Assembly: GCA_051532035.1 (NCBI GenBank)
Contig: JAOPTW010000008.1
Span: 64,001 to 128,000 of the forward strand
DNA length: 64,000 nt
Origin: Fibrobacterales bacterium
GTDB lineage: Bacteria > Fibrobacterota > Fibrobacteria > Fibrobacterales > JAOPTW01
Reading direction: 5' to 3'
Part shown: one piece after another, positions 59,524-64,000 of the stretch
Layout of the letters: each line of letters starts with the position of its first letter
Numbering within the stretch: position 1 is the stretch's first letter
The notes under the pieces: model-generated
Databases searched by the model: none
Told to the model about the DNA's origin: nothing
What the model saw: the letters and a program-made list of their open reading frames with translations, nothing else
Position numbers and translations under genes: made by a program

Positions 59524-61686
59524 ATGATTCAGGGTTCACTCAAAAACATCACCTTCCGCAACGAAGATAACGGATATTCAATTCTCAAAGTCATTGAGGA
59601 TGATACTGGTGCAACCCTCGTGGTTGTCGGCTCCTTCCCTCACCTTCATATTGGCGAAACCATCGCTTTCGAAGGTACATGGATAGACCATCCTAAATTT
59701 GGAAAACAGTTTAAAGCAACCAATCACGAAGTACTCCCCCCTCAAGGCGAAGAGGCTATTGTAAAATACCTCAGTTCCGGACTCTTTAGAGGAGTCGGTC
59801 CCACTACTGCTCAGCGCATCTTTGACGTCTTTGGACTCGATACCCTTGAGCTCCTCAAAGAAAACCCTGAGCGGATTTCTGAAGTTGAGACCATCAACGA
59901 AAAAAAGGTTCTGAAGTTTCTCGAAGACTGGGAAGAAAATATCGCCTCTCAAGAGATGCTTTACTTTCTCTACCAATTAAACGTCCCTACAGGGACCGCC
60001 ATGCGAATTTATGAAAAGTTTGGCGCGACAACAAAGAAAAGAGTAAGTGACAACCCCTACATTCTTGCAGAAGAAGTATGGGGGATTGGATTTGTAAAAG
60101 CCGACGACATCGCTCGCAAATTACAAATTGAGTCTGAATCCTACTTTAGGATACGAGCAGGCATCCTCTACAGCTTAGAAATGGCTATGCAAGATGGCCA
60201 CTGTTACCTCCCCAAACAAGAACTCCTCGATGACACCTGGCGCCTTCTCGACCCTACGGGTAGTCAAGAAATTAGAGAGCGCACCATCTTTAGCCTCGAC
60301 TATCTTATTGATGCAAAAAAAGTGATCACTTTTGAAGAACACTTGTACCTACCAGAGATGTACGAGGCCGAAAAAGGAATAGCTAATAGAGTTATCACTT
60401 TTCTTGACTTTCCAAAATCAAAAGACAAAACAGCTCGCCTTGCTAAAAAATTAGCGCAACTCGAAAAAAATGGTGGCCTCCAATACAGTGAAACTCAAAA
60501 AGAATTTATCTGCAAAGCCGTCCAAGAACACCTCTTTATACTCACCGGTGGCCCTGGTACCGGAAAAACAACAACACTACTTGGCATATTGCATTTACTT
60601 CAAGAGCTTGACATCAGCTACATCCTAGCTGCCCCTACGGGTCGAGCAGCAAAACGAATGAGCGAGGTTTGCTGTGACTCAGCCCAAACCATTCACCGCC
60701 TTCTTAAGTACGAGCCAAGTGCAGGGTTTTTCCACAATGAAAGTGAGCCACTTAAGACAGGGGTTGTGATTATTGATGAAGCATCAATGATAGATACCCA
60801 CCTCATGTATGCTCTCATGCGCGCCATCCCCAACGGAACACGCCTCATTTTAATTGGCGATAAAGATCAGCTCCCCTCTGTGGGCCCGGGTAATATCTTA
60901 CGCGAACTTCTCAGTGTTTCTATACCACAAGGGGCCCTCGAAACTATTTTCCGTCAGGCAGAAGAATCCGCAATCCCAGTCAATGCACAACTTATAAATA
61001 ATGGTGATATGCCTGTCATTGAGCGTCAAACCAATTTTCATATCCGAGATTACCAGAGCAGAGAAGAGGCCCAAAAGCTCATCGTCGACCTAGTCTCAAA
61101 AAAAATACCTGAACATTTTAAAATTGACCCTATAGAAGACATACAAGTACTCACACCGATGCACCGTGGGGAAATCGGCACACTCGAACTCAATAAAGCA
61201 CTTCAAGAACAACTAAACCCCAAAGGGGATATGGTTAAAATTGCAGGTACCGAATTTAGAGTTGGCGACAAAGTGATGCAGCTAAAAAACAATTACGACA
61301 AAAATATCTTTAACGGTGATATTGGGTACATATCGTGGATTAACCATTCAGACAAAACGGTCTCCATTGATTTTGATGAGCCTGTTAAACTTGAGTACAA
61401 CGAAATGGAACAGGTCTCTCTCGCTTATGCAAGCACCATTCACAAAAGCCAGGGGTCAGAGTACAAAATAGTGGTGGTTGTCCTCGATGCCTCACATTAC
61501 ATGATGCTCCAACGCAACCTTCTCTACACCGCTATTACCAGAGCGAAAGAGCGTATATTCCTTATTGCCAATATGGCTACTATTAAACGAGCCATTAACA
61601 ATAATCGCATCGTAAAGCGCAACACCAATCTCGGTGAATTTGTTGATCAAAAAACTGAGTTTATGGCATTCCTCGAAGAAGAATAA
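59524..61686 (+). CDS. recD2: ATP-dependent RecD-like DNA helicase
   Basis: HPKFGKQF, GVGPTTA, NPYILA..WGIGF, TGGPGTGKTT, APTGRAAKR, DEASM, GDKDQLPSVGPG, AYASTIHKSQGSE, LLYTAITRA. Confidence 0.95.
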   Translation: MIQGSLKNITFRNEDNGYSILKVIEDDTGATLVVVGSFPHLHIGETIAFEGTWIDHPKFGKQFKATNHEVLPPQGEEAIVKYLSSGLFRGVGPTTAQRIFDVFGLDTLELLKENPERISEVETINEKKVLKFLEDWEENIASQEMLYFLYQLNVPTGTAMRIYEKFGATTKKRVSDNPYILAEEVWGIGFVKADDIARKLQIESESYFRIRAGILYSLEMAMQDGHCYLPKQELLDDTWRLLDPTGSQEIRERTIFSLDYLIDAKKVITFEEHLYLPEMYEAEKGIANRVITFLDFPKSKDKTARLAKKLAQLEKNGGLQYSETQKEFICKAVQEHLFILTGGPGTGKTTTLLGILHLLQELDISYILAAPTGRAAKRMSEVCCDSAQTIHRLLKYEPSAGFFHNESEPLKTGVVIIDEASMIDTHLMYALMRAIPNGTRLILIGDKDQLPSVGPGNILRELLSVSIPQGALETIFRQAEESAIPVNAQLINNGDMPVIERQTNFHIRDYQSREEAQKLIVDLVSKKIPEHFKIDPIEDIQVLTPMHRGEIGTLELNKALQEQLNPKGDMVKIAGTEFRVGDKVMQLKNNYDKNIFNGDIGYISWINHSDKTVSIDFDEPVKLEYNEMEQVSLAYASTIHKSQGSEYKIVVVVLDASHYMMLQRNLLYTAITRAKERIFLIANMATIKRAINNNRIVKRNTNLGEFVDQKTEFMAFLEEE

Positions 61687-61696
61687 TCTTTTTCAT

Positions 61697-62287
61697 TTAC
61701 CGCTTTTTTAGTACAAATTCTAAGCAACACTCAGGATTGGGCGCAAGAGTCTGATCTATATTTTTAGCAACAAACTCCGGCCTAAAGAACTCTTTTATCT
61801 GCTGAACCTTCTCTATCTCAACGACGGGCGAAAACTCTATCAGCATCTCAAGCACATTTATAGACTTTGGAGACCAACTCTCTTTTTTGTGCATGGTAAA
61901 GGTCCATTTGTGATCGGGATTGTAGCGACTAGGGAACACACCCCCTTCATACATATCTTCATCGGGGATGGTAATAATGAGATGACCGCCCGGTTTTACA
62001 ATACGGATCCAGTGAGCCAGAGCGAGTTTTGGATCAACCATATGTTCAAGACAGTGACTTGACGCTACAAAATCAAGAGAGTTATCTACCACACCTTGCA
62101 TATAGTTTGCATCGCCATCATCAATATCCCACGTACGTACCGAATGCATAAGTGGAAATATACCCACATAGCAACTCAGAGGGTCTGGCTTACCACCAAT
62201 ATCAATCCCATGCCCCACAAAATAACGGGAGTGAAAATCTCCATCATGATATCGACGCTTCACTGATTTACTGTGTTCAAATGGCAT
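61697..62287 (-). CDS. Class I SAM-dependent methyltransferase (type 11)
   Basis: GIDIGG, LDFVASSHCLEH, WIRIVKPGGHLIITIPD, YNPDHKW. Confidence 0.85.
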   Translation of the reverse strand: MPFEHSKSVKRRYHDGDFHSRYFVGHGIDIGGKPDPLSCYVGIFPLMHSVRTWDIDDGDANYMQGVVDNSLDFVASSHCLEHMVDPKLALAHWIRIVKPGGHLIITIPDEDMYEGGVFPSRYNPDHKWTFTMHKKESWSPKSINVLEMLIEFSPVVEIEKVQQIKEFFRPEFVAKNIDQTLAPNPECCLEFVLKKR

Positions 62288-62350
62288 ATGCCGCTCCTCT
62301 TATGTTCCTGTGAAAATAACAAATTGCACCAAGCAAAAAGAAAATTTCAC

Positions 62351-62375
62351 AATTCAGAATTCAGAATTCAGAATT
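62351..62375. repeat. Heptamer tandem repeat (AATTCAG)x3.5
   Basis: AATTCAG AATTCAG AATTCAG AATT in the divergent promoter region. Confidence 0.85.
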
Positions 62376-62403
62376 TATACAAGCCTTTTCTATATTACGT
62401 TCT

Positions 62404-63168
62404 ATGAAACGTTATGCCATTATACTCAGTCTTACTGGAGCAATCCTCGGATTATATCTCCTTAATCCTACCATTGTTGATATTCAGGAGTCTCGCCCAA
62501 AACAGGGTGACTACCAATACCTCCCCAATACAGCCTATGTGAAAACCATGAGTATGGGACACAAAAATAGTGTCGCGGGTCTTATTTGGATTGATGCGAT
62601 GCTCTATTTTGGGGAGAATATACTCACAGCAAAAGAGTCAATCTGGATACTCCACTTAGTCGACCTCATTACCCAGCTCGATCCACAGTTTGAAGCGGCC
62701 TACCTCTTTACGGGAACGGTATTTAAAGGCAATAGTGAAGGCCTTGATTTAAAAATTCTAAAACGGGGGACCGAAAATCTTTCTCACAATTGGCGTATTA
62801 GTCTCTCTTACGCACTGAGGCTTATTCAAAACAACGATGACTACTCTTTAGCAGCGTCAATTATGCGACCCTTTGAGTCACAAAAAGGAGCCCCAGAATA
62901 CATTCAGCACATTCACCGAACCTTTCAAGCAAAAGCAAGCACCACCCCTATTGCTTTATACATATATCTTTCTGATTACCAACAACTGACCAATCAGGTT
63001 CTTTTAAAAGGGATTGAAGCGAACATTCTTTCACTACTTAATGTAGAGGATGCCGGGATTATTACTACAGTATCATCAATGTTATCTGCTATTAAAAGCA
63101 AAGAGATACCATTTGTAGATATCCACTCACAATTACTTGCTCTCACTGCCCACCCAATTTCTCGCTAA
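62404..63168 (+). CDS. Pilin-associated TPR-like protein (Myxococcus PilG / Geobacter XapA-like)
   Basis: N-terminal anchor; VAGLIWIDAMLYFG...LVDLITQLDPQFEAAYLFTG...ILKRG pattern; adjacent to a pilin. Confidence 0.55.
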   Translation: MKRYAIILSLTGAILGLYLLNPTIVDIQESRPKQGDYQYLPNTAYVKTMSMGHKNSVAGLIWIDAMLYFGENILTAKESIWILHLVDLITQLDPQFEAAYLFTGTVFKGNSEGLDLKILKRGTENLSHNWRISLSYALRLIQNNDDYSLAASIMRPFESQKGAPEYIQHIHRTFQAKASTTPIALYIYLSDYQQLTNQVLLKGIEANILSLLNVEDAGIITTVSSMLSAIKSKEIPFVDIHSQLLALTAHPISR

Positions 63169-63200
63169 ACGAACTCCCATCGATATCTCTGTACAATAAA

Positions 63201-63233
63201 AAAGGCCACCTTCAATTTATGAAAGTGGCCTTT
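63201..63233. terminator. Bidirectional intrinsic terminator
   Basis: AAAGGCCACCTTCA-N5-TGAAAGTGGCCTTT. Confidence 0.8.
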
Positions 63234-63261
63234 AAAATAAATATTTTTAATTCAAAAACCC

Positions 63262-63687
63262 CTAAGGAACTCTCCATGTTGGAGAAAATGATACACAGTT
63301 TGCATGCAGTGCATGAGTATAAGTCCATGGAGTACCAAGAACGGCAAGTGATGACCAACCAATGCCCGCAGCCATTGCAGCAGCGCCACAGTTATTTATT
63401 GCCGGTACAAATCCAATATTAATGGTGCCTGCAGCGGTTGAATATGCGAGGGCACCGCCTGCTGGTGCCGTAAAACCAATTTGAGCAGCATCTCCTGTAG
63501 CATTCGGTGACTCAATAGAAAATGCAGTCTGGAGGTTTTCCCATGCACCTATTGAATTTACCGCCTCTGAAGCCCGTGCTTTGTCACTCACACTCGACAT
63601 ACTTGGAATTGCTATCGCTGCAAGAATCCCGATAATGACAATTACAACCATAAGCTCAATGAGCGTAAAACCTTTTTGATTTTTCAT
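63262..63687 (-). CDS. Type IVa pilin
   Basis: Prepilin cleavage MKNQKG/FTLIELMVVIVIIGILAAIAIP, KARASEA, C-terminal Cys pair; AAGGA RBS. Confidence 0.92.
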   Translation of the reverse strand: MKNQKGFTLIELMVVIVIIGILAAIAIPSMSSVSDKARASEAVNSIGAWENLQTAFSIESPNATGDAAQIGFTAPAGGALAYSTAAGTINIGFVPAINNCGAAAMAAGIGWSSLAVLGTPWTYTHALHANCVSFSPTWRVP

Positions 63688-63891
63688 ACTAGTATCCTTT
63701 TGTTCGGGGTAGTCCCCTGCTTTTTTAATAATGTAGTTGCATTTGAGTTATTTGCCAATAGCTAACAACTGCTCATGTAAATTTACTGTATACAAACTAC
63801 AGCTCCTATTCTTTGATCACGATTTTACAAATAATTGAGCCATAATTGCACTTTTTTCCGCAAAAAAAGCAAATATACTTAACTTTTAGTC

Positions 63892-64000
63892 ATGAATAAA
63901 AACAAACTAACCAAAATAATTATCATTATTGCAGCTATCGCTATTGGCTCTGTTGCAGTTATTGAAGGTTTTGCCCTCTTTTCTCCTAATACACTCCCTA
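63892..64000 (+). CDS. Partial CDS (N-terminal membrane anchor), runs off the window
   Basis: MNKNKLTKIIIIIAAIAIGSVAVIEGFALFSPNTLP, open to the window end. Confidence 0.55.
   Translation, partial: MNKNKLTKIIIIIAAIAIGSVAVIEGFALFSPNTLP

Noticed and set aside
63736..63758. Possible sigma54 promoter for the pilin (TGGCAA...ATGC on minus)
   Set aside because: The GG-to-GC spacing is not the required 10 nt.

Overview
Bacterial chromosomal window, AT-rich, most consistent with a flagellated Fibrobacterota member (a TIGR02147-type gene followed by a lipoprotein, Ser-rich-linker lipoproteins, a Bacteroidota/FCB-type bS22). This taxonomy is inferred, not searched. The first 8.3 kb is a tandem duplication of a three-gene cassette: a GH16-type beta-glucanase lipoprotein transcribed divergently from a translationally coupled pair made of a carbohydrate-binding-like lipoprotein and a TPR-plus-beta-barrel outer-membrane protein. 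This is the best candidate for an undescribed system, either a SusC/SusD-independent glucan capture/uptake unit or a polysaccharide export-type unit. The rest is mostly housekeeping (folE, argA, lysC, fur, rpsD, trmK, truC, pyrC, plsC, aspC, rnhA, aguAB, recD2). It also holds a TIGR02147-lipoprotein-two-component operon, an orphan flgM with a sigma28 promoter, and a sigma54-driven flagellar cluster (flgJ-SLT fusion, flgN, flgK, flgL, flagellin, fliW, csrA). Near the end are a GGDEF-EAL protein, a 31-aa ribosomal protein bS22 missed by the ORF track and followed by a long stem-loop, and a type IV pilin with a PilG/XapA-like neighbour. I saw no rRNA, tRNA, CRISPR array or transposase. All assignments come from reading motifs by eye.
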